Assembly (NCBI GenBank): GCA_963741955.1 | Contig: CAVUKB010000007.1 | Coordinates: 832,001-896,000, forward strand | DNA: 64,000 bases | Direction: 5' to 3' | DNA from: an uncultured Acidobacteriota bacterium | GTDB taxonomy: Bacteria > Acidobacteriota > Thermoanaerobaculia > Gp7-AA8 | Part shown: positions 17,048 to 27,180 of the stretch, in pieces | Position numbering within the stretch: position 1 is the first letter of the stretch | Layout of the letters: every line of letters begins with the position of its first letter | Translations under genes and position numbers: made by a program | Notes under the pieces: generated by a model | What the model saw: the letters and a program-made list of their open reading frames with translations, nothing else | Database searches by the model: none | What the model was told of the DNA's origin: nothing

Positions 17048-17925
17048 TGGATCGCTCCCTCCTTGAAACGGTACTCGCTCCCGGAGGTCTGAGGCCTCTG
17101 TTTCAACCGGTCGTGGACGTCTCGGATGCGGCTTCGGTGACGATCCACTACATCGAGTGTCTGATGCGAGGGCCGGTCGGAACCCACCTCGAGCCGGCCA
17201 ATGTCCTGTTCGACTACGTCCGGCTGAAGCGGGAAGAGAGTCTGGTCGACCGCGCCTGCGTCGCTGCAGCTTTGCACGGTCTGGCCCGGCTCGATGATTC
17301 CGTTCGGATGAGTGTGAACGTCCACGCCTCGACGCTCGGCCGGGACCACGGATTCGTGGGGTACTTCCAGGAAGTGGCCGAAGCGGCCCGGATCGACATC
17401 GAGCGGGTGACGCTGGAGATCGTGGAACATGCACCACCGTGGGATGGTGTGAGCTTCCTCGCCGCGATTGCGGATCTCCGGTCGCTCGGAGTGGCCATCG
17501 CGCTCGACGACGTCGGACTGGGGCTCTCGAACTACAAGATGATTCTCGACGTCTGCCCCGATTATCTGAAGGTGGACCGGTACTTCGTTTCTTCGTGCGA
17601 CGAAGATCCGAAACGCCGCGCAGTGATTCGCTCCATCCGCCAGCTCGGATCCGAGTTCGGTGCGCGGATCGTGGCCGAAGGGGTGGAGCGGCGGGAAGAG
17701 CTCGAGACGCTCCGCGGGCTCGGAGTCAGTCTGGTTCAGGGGTTCCTCTTCGCGGAGCCGTCGACCCATCCCGAAATTCCGAGGAGCGCTCACGAGCTGC
17801 TTGTACGGGAGGAAGAGGGAGGACACGGGAACGTGAGCCTCGGCGCCATCCGGTCGAAGAAAAAATCAGATCGCCGCTCCCGGGCGCTTCCTTCCTCAGA
17901 CGTCCTTGGGCTTCGTGACCGGTGA
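17047..17925 (+). CDS. Stand-alone EAL-domain c-di-GMP phosphodiesterase
   Basis: FQPVV, ECL (EAL variant), SVNV, LEIVE, ALDDVG.G, LKVD, AEGVE, QGFLF. Confidence 0.88.
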   Translation: MDRSLLETVLAPGGLRPLFQPVVDVSDAASVTIHYIECLMRGPVGTHLEPANVLFDYVRLKREESLVDRACVAAALHGLARLDDSVRMSVNVHASTLGRDHGFVGYFQEVAEAARIDIERVTLEIVEHAPPWDGVSFLAAIADLRSLGVAIALDDVGLGLSNYKMILDVCPDYLKVDRYFVSSCDEDPKRRAVIRSIRQLGSEFGARIVAEGVERREELETLRGLGVSLVQGFLFAEPSTHPEIPRSAHELLVREEEGGHGNVSLGAIRSKKKSDRRSRALPSSDVLGLRDR

Positions 17926-18342
17926 GATCGGAATTCGCTCCGGAGCCGGATCCACCGCGACCGACGGATCTGCGGCCGTCGCGAGATGGTGCACGTAATG
18001 GGCGAACGCGTCGAACTGGAGCGGTTTGAAGAAGATCGCATGGGCGACGCTGCGATCCACTTTCGCGATCTCCGATACCGGCGCGCCCGTGATCACGATG
18101 ACGCGCGGGCGATCGTCGTCGGGGAAGTGCTTGATCGCCTGCACGAGATAGTGCCCGGACGAGAAGCCGGCCAGCATCAGGTCGAGGATGATGATGCTCC
18201 ATTGCTCTCGGCGGACCGCAGCAATCGCATCCTCGGCAGTCGGTACGAGCTCGACCGAGAGATCATTCTGCTTCTGGATGTACGTCAGAATGCCGCGGGA
18301 GACGAACGGGTCGTCCTCCACGAGCAGGATCCGTGCACTCAT
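17896..18342 (-). CDS. Single-domain response regulator
   Basis: RILLVEDD, ILDLML, VITG, FFKP. Confidence 0.85.
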   Translation of the reverse strand: MSARILLVEDDPFVSRGILTYIQKQNDLSVELVPTAEDAIAAVRREQWSIIILDLMLAGFSSGHYLVQAIKHFPDDDRPRVIVITGAPVSEIAKVDRSVAHAIFFKPLQFDAFAHYVHHLATAADPSVAVDPAPERIPISPVTKPKDV

Positions 18343-18460
18343 TGATGTCGCCCATCCGGCCTTTCGGCCGTACAACTCCTGTCCCTCTGCCAACCTACTA
18401 AACGAAAGATAGATTGACAACCTCAGCGGATTGCGGTGCAAGAGCGTTGCCTGCGGGCGC

Positions 18461-18826
18461 TCAGGTCAGCGGAATGAACTCGTCGTCGTCCTGGTGCTCT
18501 CTTTCCCAGGAGAGAAACTCCCAATAGCCGCAGCGAGGTGTATCGGGATATTCACGGCAGACCTCGGGGCGATCTTCATAGATGGTGCAGCGACGGCTCT
18601 CCAGATCGAGGAAACGACAGATCGTTCCGTAGATCTCGTCCTTCTGATGCCGGAGGACGCGCTCCCCTTCGTAGATTTTCGTGAAGCGGCGTCGAGCATT
18701 CTCGACCGTCACGCCGAATCGTTTCGCGATTCGCGAGATGTCGCTTCTGCTGACGTTGATCTTCGGATAGCTGCAGCAGTAGGCGGGGCAGCGGGAGCAG
18801 TCGTACAGCATCTTTTTAGGAGCCAT
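18461..18826 (-). CDS. YkgJ family (CxxCxxCC) cysteine-cluster protein
   Basis: CSRCPAYCC, CRFLD..RRCTIYEDRPEVCREYP. Confidence 0.88.
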   Translation of the reverse strand: MAPKKMLYDCSRCPAYCCSYPKINVSRSDISRIAKRFGVTVENARRRFTKIYEGERVLRHQKDEIYGTICRFLDLESRRCTIYEDRPEVCREYPDTPRCGYWEFLSWEREHQDDDEFIPLT

Positions 18827-18832
18827 AATATA

Positions 18833-18878
18833 TATCTATTATCTGGTATCTATTATCTGGTATCTGTTTAGTATCTGG
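18833..18878. repeat. AT-rich TATCTnn heptamer tandem array
   Basis: TATCTAT-TATCTGG-TATCTAT-TATCTGG-TATCTGT-ttag-TATCTGG. Confidence 0.8.
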
Positions 18879-19173
18879 TAAGTGATTGGTTGTATGTAGT
18901 CTATTATTAATTCAGTGATTGGATATCTAATTTTCGTGTCTGATTCTGCCGGATCGATGAGGCTGAAGCGCGTCCGACAGAGATCGGGCGTCTCGGCACA
19001 CTCACGATCCAGGTCGGCCGCTCCCGCAAGCCTGCGCGGCATCATAGAATAGCAGGGAACCGCTGCTGAATGGAGGGGCGAATGGCCCGGGAGGGTATTT
19101 CCGTATCCCGGAGATCGGTGCGAAAATCGTTCTGTCTCGTCATGTCGCGCGAACGCTTTCCCGGGAGGCTCTC

Positions 19174-19626
19174 ATGGATTCTCGAAAACGGACAGTCGTC
19201 GACCTCGAGCGTCCCGCTGTGGTCGGGCTCATGTTGTTCGTGGCTCTCGCGATCGGTGGCTGCAGCACCGCTTCACCGAAGCAGGGGGGAGATCCGCGTC
19301 TCGAGGTCGAGGCGGCCCTGGCGTCGCCGCGGAGCGGTCGCCAGGAGGCCTACCTTCTCTATCGCGTGCTGGTTCGAAACGTCTCGGAGCACACGCTGGT
19401 GATCCGGCGCGTGGAAGTGGAGCCGATCGGTGGACCGGAAGTGCGGAACGCGTACGTCACCGACTCGAAGACGATCGAACCGGGTGAGGCCGCACATTTC
19501 GAGATCTGGGCCGAGGTGCTCGCTGATCCCTCGAGTCCGGATCATACGAGCGGAATGGCCCGGGTGGCGGTCAGTTTCGACGACCACGGTCAGCCGTTCA
19601 TGCGGAGCTGGGTGGTCGAGGTCTGA
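19174..19626 (+). CDS. Hypothetical lipoprotein with Ig-like beta domain
   Basis: Hydrophobic segment ending LAIGGC. V.N.S..L.I..V and I.PGE pattern. RBS GGAGG. Confidence 0.6.
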   Translation: MDSRKRTVVDLERPAVVGLMLFVALAIGGCSTASPKQGGDPRLEVEAALASPRSGRQEAYLLYRVLVRNVSEHTLVIRRVEVEPIGGPEVRNAYVTDSKTIEPGEAAHFEIWAEVLADPSSPDHTSGMARVAVSFDDHGQPFMRSWVVEV

Positions 19627-19722
19627 AAACGACCCGGTCCCACGCAGCAGGCCGCTCTGCAGATTTCTCGCCGCGAGACGACGTGAGAAATCCGGGAACA
19701 GCGCGACCCCGTGAATCCACCT

Positions 19723-20946
19723 TCAGCTCCGATAGTCGGCGTTGAGCGAAACGTAATCGTGTCCGAGATCGCTCACCATCAGCACCGCGGTGGCTGAACC
19801 GCCCCCGAGGTCCACCGTCACCGGCACACGCTCCCTGGAAAACAGCTTTGCAGCGTCGGCCTCCCGGTACTCTGCAGGCTCGCCGTTCTCGACTAGGGTC
19901 AGGTCTCCGATTCGGAGTGAGACCCGTTTGGCCGAAAAGCGGGCTCCACTTCGTCCGACAGCCGCGAGAATCCGTCCCCAGTTAGGGTCGCCGCCGTTCA
20001 GCGCGGTCTTCACCAGAGGCGATGTCCCGATTGCGTGCGCGGCGAGCTTCGCATCCCGTTCGTTCCGGGCGCCGCGGATCTCGATCTCCATCACCCGCGT
20101 CGCTCCCTCGCCGTCCCGTACGATCATCCAGGCCAGCTCGCGACAGACCTTCTCCAGCGCAGCCAGAAAGCTCGCTGGATCCGCTCCGCCTCCGAGTGTC
20201 TCACCGGCGAGTTTCCCCGACGCCATCAGGAGAACCGTGTCGTTCGTCGATGTGTCGCCATCCACGGAGATCGCGTTGAAGCTGGTTGCGGCGGCTTGAC
20301 GGAGTGCCTTCCTGAGAAACTCCGGGGTGGCTGCGGCATCCGTCATGAGGAACGCGAGCATCGTGGCCATGTTCGGGTGGATCATCCCCGCGCCCTTCGC
20401 CATCCCGACGATCCGTCCACGTTTCCCGCCGAGCGTGAAGGTGGCTCGAGCGACCTTGGGGCCGACGTCCGTGGTGAGAATCGCGTGCGATGCGGCCTCG
20501 ATCCCCGACGAGGAGAGCCGGTGCAGAGCATCGGGAAGCGCGGCGCGAATCTTCGCGTCGGGCAGAAGGACACCGATCACGCCGGTCGAAGCGACGAAGA
20601 TCTCTTCCGGAGTGCAGCCGGCCAGTTCCGCTGCCTTGCTCTGTACTCGCTTCGCCGCATTCATCCCTTCCTTTCCGGTGACGGCGTTCGCGCAACCGGC
20701 GTTCACGACCACTCCCTTCACTCGCCCGCGCGACTTTTTGAGGGCAGTCTTCGAGAGCACCACCGGGGCGGCCTGAAAGCGATTGGTGGTGAAGATCGCC
20801 GCAGCGTTCGCGCCGTCCTCAGCGAGGATCAATGCGACGTCGGGTCGCTTCTTCCGGATCCCGGCACGAACGCCGGAAGCGAGAAATCCCTTTGGTAACT
20901 TCATGACGAGAGTCCCCGGTATCGTTCGAACTGTTTCGAGGCGCAT
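19723..20946 (-). CDS. argJ: Bifunctional ornithine acetyltransferase/N-acetylglutamate synthase
   Basis: FTTNRFQAAPV, NAGCANA.TG, ASTGVIG, KGAGMIHPNMATML, DGDTSTND, RDGEGAT, DPNWGR, ADYRS. Start is 20946 or 20904. Confidence 0.95.
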   Translation of the reverse strand: MRLETVRTIPGTLVMKLPKGFLASGVRAGIRKKRPDVALILAEDGANAAAIFTTNRFQAAPVVLSKTALKKSRGRVKGVVVNAGCANAVTGKEGMNAAKRVQSKAAELAGCTPEEIFVASTGVIGVLLPDAKIRAALPDALHRLSSSGIEAASHAILTTDVGPKVARATFTLGGKRGRIVGMAKGAGMIHPNMATMLAFLMTDAAATPEFLRKALRQAAATSFNAISVDGDTSTNDTVLLMASGKLAGETLGGGADPASFLAALEKVCRELAWMIVRDGEGATRVMEIEIRGARNERDAKLAAHAIGTSPLVKTALNGGDPNWGRILAAVGRSGARFSAKRVSLRIGDLTLVENGEPAEYREADAAKLFSRERVPVTVDLGGGSATAVLMVSDLGHDYVSLNADYRS

Positions 20947-20959
20947 ATGCGTGCGAAGG

Positions 20960-22330
20960 TCATTTCGCGTCGCTCTTCCACTTCTTCGCCGCCTCGCGCA
21001 CGCGCCACGGCGCGGTGCCGCCGATGACGTCCTTCTTCGCCAGCGCCGCGTGGACGTCGAGCGCCTGGAGATCCGATTCGAGGATCTCTTCCGTCGCTCC
21101 GAGCTCGCGCAACGTCTTCCCACGTCGCACCGCCTCGCCGATCCTCCGGCTGACGATCTCGTGTGCGTCGCGAAACGGCACGCCGCGCGCGGTCATCGCA
21201 TCCATCACCTGAGTAGCGAGCAGAAGGTCGCTCGAGGCCGCCTCCTTCATCCGTGTCCGGTTAAGGCCGAGGCCGGAGAGTAGCCCGTCGAGCGCCGGGA
21301 GCGCAGCGGACAGGATCTCGCGGGTCCTGAACAACGGCTCCTTGTCCAGCTGCAGATCCTTGTCGTAGGCCAGCGGAAGACCCTTCATCATCGCGAGAAG
21401 TCCGGCCAGCTCGCCGATGGCGCGGCCCGCGTGCCCCCGCACCAGTTCCAGCACGTCGGGGTTCTTCTTCTGCGGCATTCGCGACGATCCGGTCGCGTAC
21501 GCGTCGGGGAGATCCACGTATCCGGCTTCATCCGACGAAAAGAAGATCAGATCTTCGGCGAGCCGTGAGAAGTGTCCCAGGAGCAGTGCCGCGCAGAAGA
21601 GATACTCGGCGGCGCCGTCCCGATCGGAGACCGCGTCGAGCGAGTTGGGGGTCGCCCGGGCGAACCCGAGCCGCCGCGCGAGTCTCCCGCGGTCGATGGA
21701 GAGCGGAGATCCCGCCATCGCCGCGGATCCGAGCGGACATTCGTCCCCCCTTTCCGAAGCAGCGCGAAGCCGGTCGACGTCACGGCCGAGCATCGTCACG
21801 TAGGCCAGAGCCCAGTGGCCGAACGACACCGGTTCCGCCTGTTTCAGATGGGTGTACCCGGGCATCGGCGTTCCCGCTTCCCGTTCGCCGATGCTCGACA
21901 GCGTCGCGATGACCGCCGAAACGAGAGCGATCGCTTCACCGAATGCCTTCTTCAGCCAGAGTCGCAGGTCCGTCGCGACCTGGTCGTTTCTCGAACGTCC
22001 GGTGTGGAGCTTTGCCGCCAGCGGTCCGACCTTCTCCCGCAGTCGCGACTCGACGTACGAGTGAACGTCCTCGTAATCATCGAAGGGAAGGCGTCCGGAT
22101 CTCGATTCTTCTCCCACTTCGCGGAGGCCGTCGATCAGCGCCTTCCCTTCCGTCGTGGAGACGATTCCCGCTTCCTCGAGCGCGGAGACCCACCCGACCG
22201 ATCCTTCGACGTCCTCTTCCAGGAGAAGCCAGTCGAACCGGAAAGAATCGTTCAGACGGCGCAGGGCATCGGCTGGTCCGCTCGCGAACCTGCCGCCCCA
22301 CATCTGTTGACTGCGCTTCTCCTCGGACAT
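20960..22330 (-). CDS. argH: Argininosuccinate lyase
   Basis: MWGGRF, LHTGRSRNDQVATD, PGYTHL, GSS.MPQKKNPD. Confidence 0.96.
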   Translation of the reverse strand: MSEEKRSQQMWGGRFASGPADALRRLNDSFRFDWLLLEEDVEGSVGWVSALEEAGIVSTTEGKALIDGLREVGEESRSGRLPFDDYEDVHSYVESRLREKVGPLAAKLHTGRSRNDQVATDLRLWLKKAFGEAIALVSAVIATLSSIGEREAGTPMPGYTHLKQAEPVSFGHWALAYVTMLGRDVDRLRAASERGDECPLGSAAMAGSPLSIDRGRLARRLGFARATPNSLDAVSDRDGAAEYLFCAALLLGHFSRLAEDLIFFSSDEAGYVDLPDAYATGSSRMPQKKNPDVLELVRGHAGRAIGELAGLLAMMKGLPLAYDKDLQLDKEPLFRTREILSAALPALDGLLSGLGLNRTRMKEAASSDLLLATQVMDAMTARGVPFRDAHEIVSRRIGEAVRRGKTLRELGATEEILESDLQALDVHAALAKKDVIGGTAPWRVREAAKKWKSDAK

Positions 22331-22398
22331 CCGTGGCCTCTCTCCATCATTCTGCGGCGCGGAACGGTCTCCATCGGCCGTCCCGCATCCGAGATCGT

Positions 22399-23625
22399 CT
22401 ACGACTCGGCTACCTTCTGAAGGCCGAACGGCGCGAGCCGCGACCGCCCTTTCGTCTGCAGCCCGAAGAGCCGGATGAAGCCGGCCGCGTCGTTGCCATC
22501 GTAGTCGCCCATGGTGAAGGAGGCGAGATCCTGCGAGTAGAGCGAGTCGACGGCCTTCCTTCCGACCACCGCCGCTGTTCCCTTGTAGAGCTTGAGGGTC
22601 ACGTCTCCAGTCGTATTCTCGGAGAGCTTCGTGGCGAAGGCGTCGAGCGCTTCACGGAGAGGAGTGAACCACTGACCGTTGTAGACCAGCTCCGCGTAAC
22701 GGACCGCCATCCGCTCCTTCTCGTGCGCACTCTCTTTGTCGAGCGTGAGCGACTCGAGCGCCTTGAGCGCATTCACCAGGATGGTCCCGCCCGGCGTTTC
22801 GTAGACTCCACGCGACTTGATTCCGATCAGCCGGTTCTCGACGATGTCCGCCCGCCCGACTCCGTGGCGTCCTCCGATCGCATTCAACGCATCGATCAGC
22901 TCCGCCGGAGGAAGCGCCCTCCCGTTCACCGCCACCGGCAGTCCCTCCACGAATGTGACGGTGACCTTCTCCGGAACGTCCGATGCCTCCATCGGGTCGA
23001 CGGTCAACTTGAACATCGACGCTTCGGGCTCGAACGCAGGATCCTCGAGCGGACCTCCCTCGTGGGAGAGATGCCACAGGTTCCGGTCCCGTGAGTAGGG
23101 ATCTTTCTTCGTCACCGGAATCGGGATCCCCTTCGAGCTCGCGTAGTCGATCGCATCTTCGCGCGAGTTGATCGTCCACTCCCGCCACGGAGCGATCACC
23201 GCGAGCTCCGGAGCGAGTGCCTGGTAGGCCAGCTCGAACCGGACCTGGTCATTTCCCTTCCCGGTGCAGCCGTGGGCGACCGCGTCGCAGCCGGTCGCCA
23301 GTGCGACCTCCACCTGCTTCCGCGCGATCAGCGGCCGCGCGGATGAAGTACCGAGCAGATAATCCTTCTCGTAGATCGCCCCGGCCCTAAGAACCGGGAA
23401 GAGGTAATCGGCGGCGAATTCTTCGACCGCGTCGACGAGGTGGAACTCGCACGCGCCGGTTCGAAGCGCCTTCTCTTCGAGATGTGCGGTCTCTTCCTTC
23501 TGGCCGACGTCGACCGCGACGGCGACCACTTCGCAGCCGTAGTTCTCCTTCAACCAGGAGATGATGATCGACGTATCGAGGCCGCCGGAGTAGGCGAGTG
23601 CGACTTTCTTGACGGGCTGTTTCAC
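22399..23625 (-). CDS. argG: Argininosuccinate synthase
   Basis: LAYSGGLDTS, HGCTGKGNDQVRFE, YSRDRNLWH, SRGVYETPG. GTG start overlaps the argD stop. Confidence 0.97.
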   Translation of the reverse strand: MKQPVKKVALAYSGGLDTSIIISWLKENYGCEVVAVAVDVGQKEETAHLEEKALRTGACEFHLVDAVEEFAADYLFPVLRAGAIYEKDYLLGTSSARPLIARKQVEVALATGCDAVAHGCTGKGNDQVRFELAYQALAPELAVIAPWREWTINSREDAIDYASSKGIPIPVTKKDPYSRDRNLWHLSHEGGPLEDPAFEPEASMFKLTVDPMEASDVPEKVTVTFVEGLPVAVNGRALPPAELIDALNAIGGRHGVGRADIVENRLIGIKSRGVYETPGGTILVNALKALESLTLDKESAHEKERMAVRYAELVYNGQWFTPLREALDAFATKLSENTTGDVTLKLYKGTAAVVGRKAVDSLYSQDLASFTMGDYDGNDAAGFIRLFGLQTKGRSRLAPFGLQKVAES

Positions 23626-24827
23626 TGGTGGATCTCCTTCTCGTTCGAGAGAATGTCGTCGAGTGCGTCGATGAGCTCGACGAGTGCTTTTTTGGGAACG
23701 ATGTACGGCGGCAGGAGACGGATGACATTCTCCCGCGCCGTACCCACGATGAATCCGCGATCGAGGAGCTCGCCCGCGATCGGACCGGCGGGTCTGTCGA
23801 TCTCGATCCCCCACATCAGACCGCGGCCGCGAACGTCGACCACCGCTCCGCAGCGGGCGTGGAGCGCAGTGAGCTCACCCTCGAGCCACGTACCGAGTGC
23901 GCTGATTTTTTCGAGCAACCGCTGATCGTGGATCTCGTCGAGCACGGCGATGCCGAGTCGGCACGCCAGCGGGTTGCCGCCGAACGTCGTGCCGTGGTGG
24001 CCGGGCTTGACCACTCCCTCGAGCCGCGGTCCGGTGAGCACCGCGCCGAGCGGCAGGCCCCCGCCGAGCGGCTTCGCGAGCGTGACGATGTCCGGGACGA
24101 TCCCGGCCTGCTGGAACGCGAAGAGTGAACCGGTCCGCCCGAGACCGCACTGGATCTCGTCGCAGATCAGCACTGCTCCGAAGCGGTCGGCGAGCGCACT
24201 CGCGGTCTGGAGGAATCGCGGCGTGAGAGGGATGATCCCTCCCTCGCCCATGATCGGCTCGACGATGATTGCCGCGGTCTCCGCGCCGATCGCGTTCTCG
24301 AGTGCGACGCAGTCGTTCGGTTCGACGAAGCTCACGCCGGGAACGAGCGGCTGGAACGGCTCGCGGTATGCGTCGTGTCCGGTGAGCGAGAGTGCGCCGA
24401 GGGTCCGGCCGTGGAAGCTCTCCCTGAGCGCGACGATTCCGGGACGTCCGGGATTCCGAAGACGCGCGAACTTCAACGCCGCTTCGTTCGCCTCGGTTCC
24501 GCTGTTGCAGAAGAACGCCCGGCTCAGTCCCGACTCGCTCACCAGCCGCTCCGCGAGAATTCCCTGCGTGGGGTGATAGAAGAGATTCGAGACGTGAAGG
24601 AGTCCTTTCGCTTCTTCGCGCAGGATTCGGACGATTGCCGGATGCTGGTATCCGAGAACGTTCACGGCGATGCCGCCGAGAAGATCCCAGTAACCCACGC
24701 CGGCGGCGTCGAAGAGGCGTGCTCCCTTCCCGTCACGGGGGTGGAAATGCGTGCGCGCGTACGTGCCGAGTACGAATGCGTGGTCGCGCGACTCGACTGC
24801 GAGCGGCGATTCGTCATGCAGCAACAA
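23622..24827 (-). CDS. argD: Acetylornithine aminotransferase
   Basis: FFCNSGTEANEAALK, FHGRT, EPIMGEGG, DEIQCG.GRTG, AKPLGGG, HGTTFGGNPL. Confidence 0.93.
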   Translation of the reverse strand: MLLHDESPLAVESRDHAFVLGTYARTHFHPRDGKGARLFDAAGVGYWDLLGGIAVNVLGYQHPAIVRILREEAKGLLHVSNLFYHPTQGILAERLVSESGLSRAFFCNSGTEANEAALKFARLRNPGRPGIVALRESFHGRTLGALSLTGHDAYREPFQPLVPGVSFVEPNDCVALENAIGAETAAIIVEPIMGEGGIIPLTPRFLQTASALADRFGAVLICDEIQCGLGRTGSLFAFQQAGIVPDIVTLAKPLGGGLPLGAVLTGPRLEGVVKPGHHGTTFGGNPLACRLGIAVLDEIHDQRLLEKISALGTWLEGELTALHARCGAVVDVRGRGLMWGIEIDRPAGPIAGELLDRGFIVGTARENVIRLLPPYIVPKKALVELIDALDDILSNEKEIHQ

Positions 24828-25590
24828 GGTTCGTCCCTCCTGTTCCTTCGGTCAGTGCTACGACGTGACGTGCGGGCCCGGCGATGACCACTCGTCCCAC
24901 TCCGGTTGCGATCGCGTCCATCGACGCGCGCAGCTTCGGTTGCATCCCTCCGGTCACCACCCCTCGGGCGATCAACTCCTCTGCGAGATCGGGAGTGACG
25001 GTCGGGATGAGCGAGCCGTCGCCGTCGAGGAGACCTTCCACGTCGGTGAGAAAGACCAGCCGTGAGGCGCGGGTGGCCACGGCGATCGCTGCCGCGGCGG
25101 CGTCTGCGTTGACGTTGAGAAGACCTCCGTCGATGGCTCCGGCCATCGACGCGACCACCGGGAGGAAGCCGCCGCCGTAAACCGCCTCGATCAGGCTCGC
25201 GCTCGCTCCTGCGATGACGCCGACGTGACCCAGGTCGATCCCGTCGAGCGGGGGATGCGGTTCCGCGACCAGCGTCTCACCGTCCGCACCGCTGATCCCC
25301 GCCGCGGCGACGCCGAGAGCGTGCAGCTCGGAGACCAGCATCTTGTTCACTGTTCCGCCGAGCACCGAGACGACGACGTTCAGAGTCGCATCGTCGGTGA
25401 TCCGGAGCCCGCGATGGGTTCTCTTTTCGATTCCGAGTGTTCGGAGCGAGGCGTCGATGTGTTTCCCGCCGCCATGGACGACCACCAGCTCCGTACCCTC
25501 CCTCCAGCTTTTCGCGATCGCGGAGAGAGCGCTCGACCGCAGAAGGGGATCCTCGAGAAGGCTTCCGCCGAGCTTCACCACCATGGTCAT
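24814..25590 (-). CDS. argB: Acetylglutamate kinase
   Basis: VVKLGGS, VVHGGG, GLRITD, NVNAD, LTDVEG, GGM.PK. Confidence 0.95.
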   Translation of the reverse strand: MTMVVKLGGSLLEDPLLRSSALSAIAKSWREGTELVVVHGGGKHIDASLRTLGIEKRTHRGLRITDDATLNVVVSVLGGTVNKMLVSELHALGVAAAGISGADGETLVAEPHPPLDGIDLGHVGVIAGASASLIEAVYGGGFLPVVASMAGAIDGGLLNVNADAAAAAIAVATRASRLVFLTDVEGLLDGDGSLIPTVTPDLAEELIARGVVTGGMQPKLRASMDAIATGVGRVVIAGPARHVVALTEGTGGTNLVAA

Positions 25591-26618
25591 GCGAGCCCCT
25601 CCTTCTCGTCGAATCCGAAGACCCGGTTGAAGTTCTGTACCGCCTGCGATGCGGCGCCCTTGAGGAGGTTGTCGATCACCGAGACCACGACGGCACGCCG
25701 GCCGTAATCGACGAGCGAGAAGCCGATCTCGCAGCGCGGAGTTCCGACGACGTTCTTCAGCTCGGGGAGAACGCCCGGCTTGCGCAGAGTCACGAACGGT
25801 TTGCCGTGGTAGGCCTGTTCGTAAGCAGCGGTGATCGCCTCGCTCTCCTTCCGGTGCGCGAAGCTGAGGTAGAGCGTCGCGAGGATTCCGCGCACGGTCG
25901 GAAGAAGATGCGGGACGAAGAAGAACGGCACGCTCCAGCCGATCGGAAGGTTCTGCCGGATCTCCGGCGTGTGGCGGTGATTACCGACGCCGTAGGCCTT
26001 GAAGTTCCCGGCCAGCTCGGAGAAGGAGTACGAGACGTCGCTCTTCCGACCCGCCCCGGAGACGCCGCTCGCGGCATCGCAGACGATCGCCTGCTCCGGG
26101 TCGAGGTGCGGCACCAGGGGCCGGAGTGCGAGAACCACCGCCGTCGCATAGCAGCCGGGATTTGCCACCAGCCGGGCGTTTCTCAACTCGCCGTTGCACC
26201 ACTCCGGCAGACCGTAGACGGATTCGTCGAGCAGGTCGGGGCGCGGATGCTCGAATCCGTACCACTCCGGATAGGCGGCGGGATTGCGGAGGCGGAACGC
26301 ACCGGAGAGGTCGATCACTGGAATCCCGCTGTCGACCAGCTGCGGCACGAGCGTCGCGGAGATCTCGTTCGGCGTGGCGAGGAACACGCAGTCGGGCGCC
26401 GCGGCCTGCAGCCGGGCGGGATCGAACCCGACGACGTCCGGTCCCTCGAGACCGGTGAGCGATGGATGGATCGCGTCGTACGGGGTCGCAGCCGTCTCGC
26501 GACTCTCAGGGCTCCGGAAGAGGGCGGCGACCGAGACGGACGGATGCCGCTCGAGGAGCGCGGTCAGTTCGGCTCCAGCGTATCCGGTTGCTCCAATGAT
26601 GGCGACACGTTTCGTCAT
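25587..26618 (-). CDS. argC: N-acetyl-gamma-glutamyl-phosphate reductase
   Basis: IIGATGYAG, IDLSGAFR, ANPGCY, SGVSGAG, H.H.PEI, DNLLKGAA.QA.QN. Confidence 0.96.
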   Translation of the reverse strand: MTKRVAIIGATGYAGAELTALLERHPSVSVAALFRSPESRETAATPYDAIHPSLTGLEGPDVVGFDPARLQAAAPDCVFLATPNEISATLVPQLVDSGIPVIDLSGAFRLRNPAAYPEWYGFEHPRPDLLDESVYGLPEWCNGELRNARLVANPGCYATAVVLALRPLVPHLDPEQAIVCDAASGVSGAGRKSDVSYSFSELAGNFKAYGVGNHRHTPEIRQNLPIGWSVPFFFVPHLLPTVRGILATLYLSFAHRKESEAITAAYEQAYHGKPFVTLRKPGVLPELKNVVGTPRCEIGFSLVDYGRRAVVVSVIDNLLKGAASQAVQNFNRVFGFDEKEGLA

Positions 26619-26664
26619 GACGAAATCTCCCAGGCGCTCTGTTGAGGGAAGCGGCGCGCCTGGA

Positions 26665-27168
26665 TCAGGCGCGGGTACGTCGCGGATGCGACGTCGCGAT
26701 GAGGTTGGACAAGCGGCGGACCAGTGCCGCGGCGGCCCGCTCGGTGCGGAGAGCGAGGAAGATCGTGTCGTCCCCGCCGACAGTGCCGAGGACGTCGTTC
26801 AGGCCCGCTTCGTCGATCGCACGCGCGACCGGTTGAGCGTCGGCGGGAGGGGTCCTGATCACGACGAGCGTTCCGCCCTGCTCGACGGAGAGGACGAATT
26901 CGCGGACGAGCTGCTCGAGCCGCCCCTGCCGCCACTGCTGCGGGACGAAGCTGATCGGGTCAGCGGTGGCGGGGGCGAGGTCGGCCGGGAGTGTGTAGCC
27001 GTTCGGTGTCTTGATCAGGCCGAGCTCGCGAACGTCGCGCGAGAGGGTGGGCTGAGTGACACGGTGCCCCCGCTTCCGGAGAGCGTGGAGAAGATCCTCC
27101 TGGGAGCGGATTTCCAGCTCCCGGACCGCCCGGAGGATCTCTTCACGTCGTCGGAGTGCGTTGGTCAT
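26665..27168 (-). CDS. argR: Arginine repressor
   Basis: SQEDL..L...G..VTQ.TLSRD..EL, GTVGGDDTI. Confidence 0.95.
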   Translation of the reverse strand: MTNALRRREEILRAVRELEIRSQEDLLHALRKRGHRVTQPTLSRDVRELGLIKTPNGYTLPADLAPATADPISFVPQQWRQGRLEQLVREFVLSVEQGGTLVVIRTPPADAQPVARAIDEAGLNDVLGTVGGDDTIFLALRTERAAAALVRRLSNLIATSHPRRTRA

Positions 27169-27180
27169 GGTCGTCGTGCG

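Noticed and set aside
18827-18935. Chromosomal replication origin
   Set aside because: No clear TTATCCACA DnaA-box cluster and no dnaA, dnaN or parAB nearby. Kept only as an unexplained AT-rich array.
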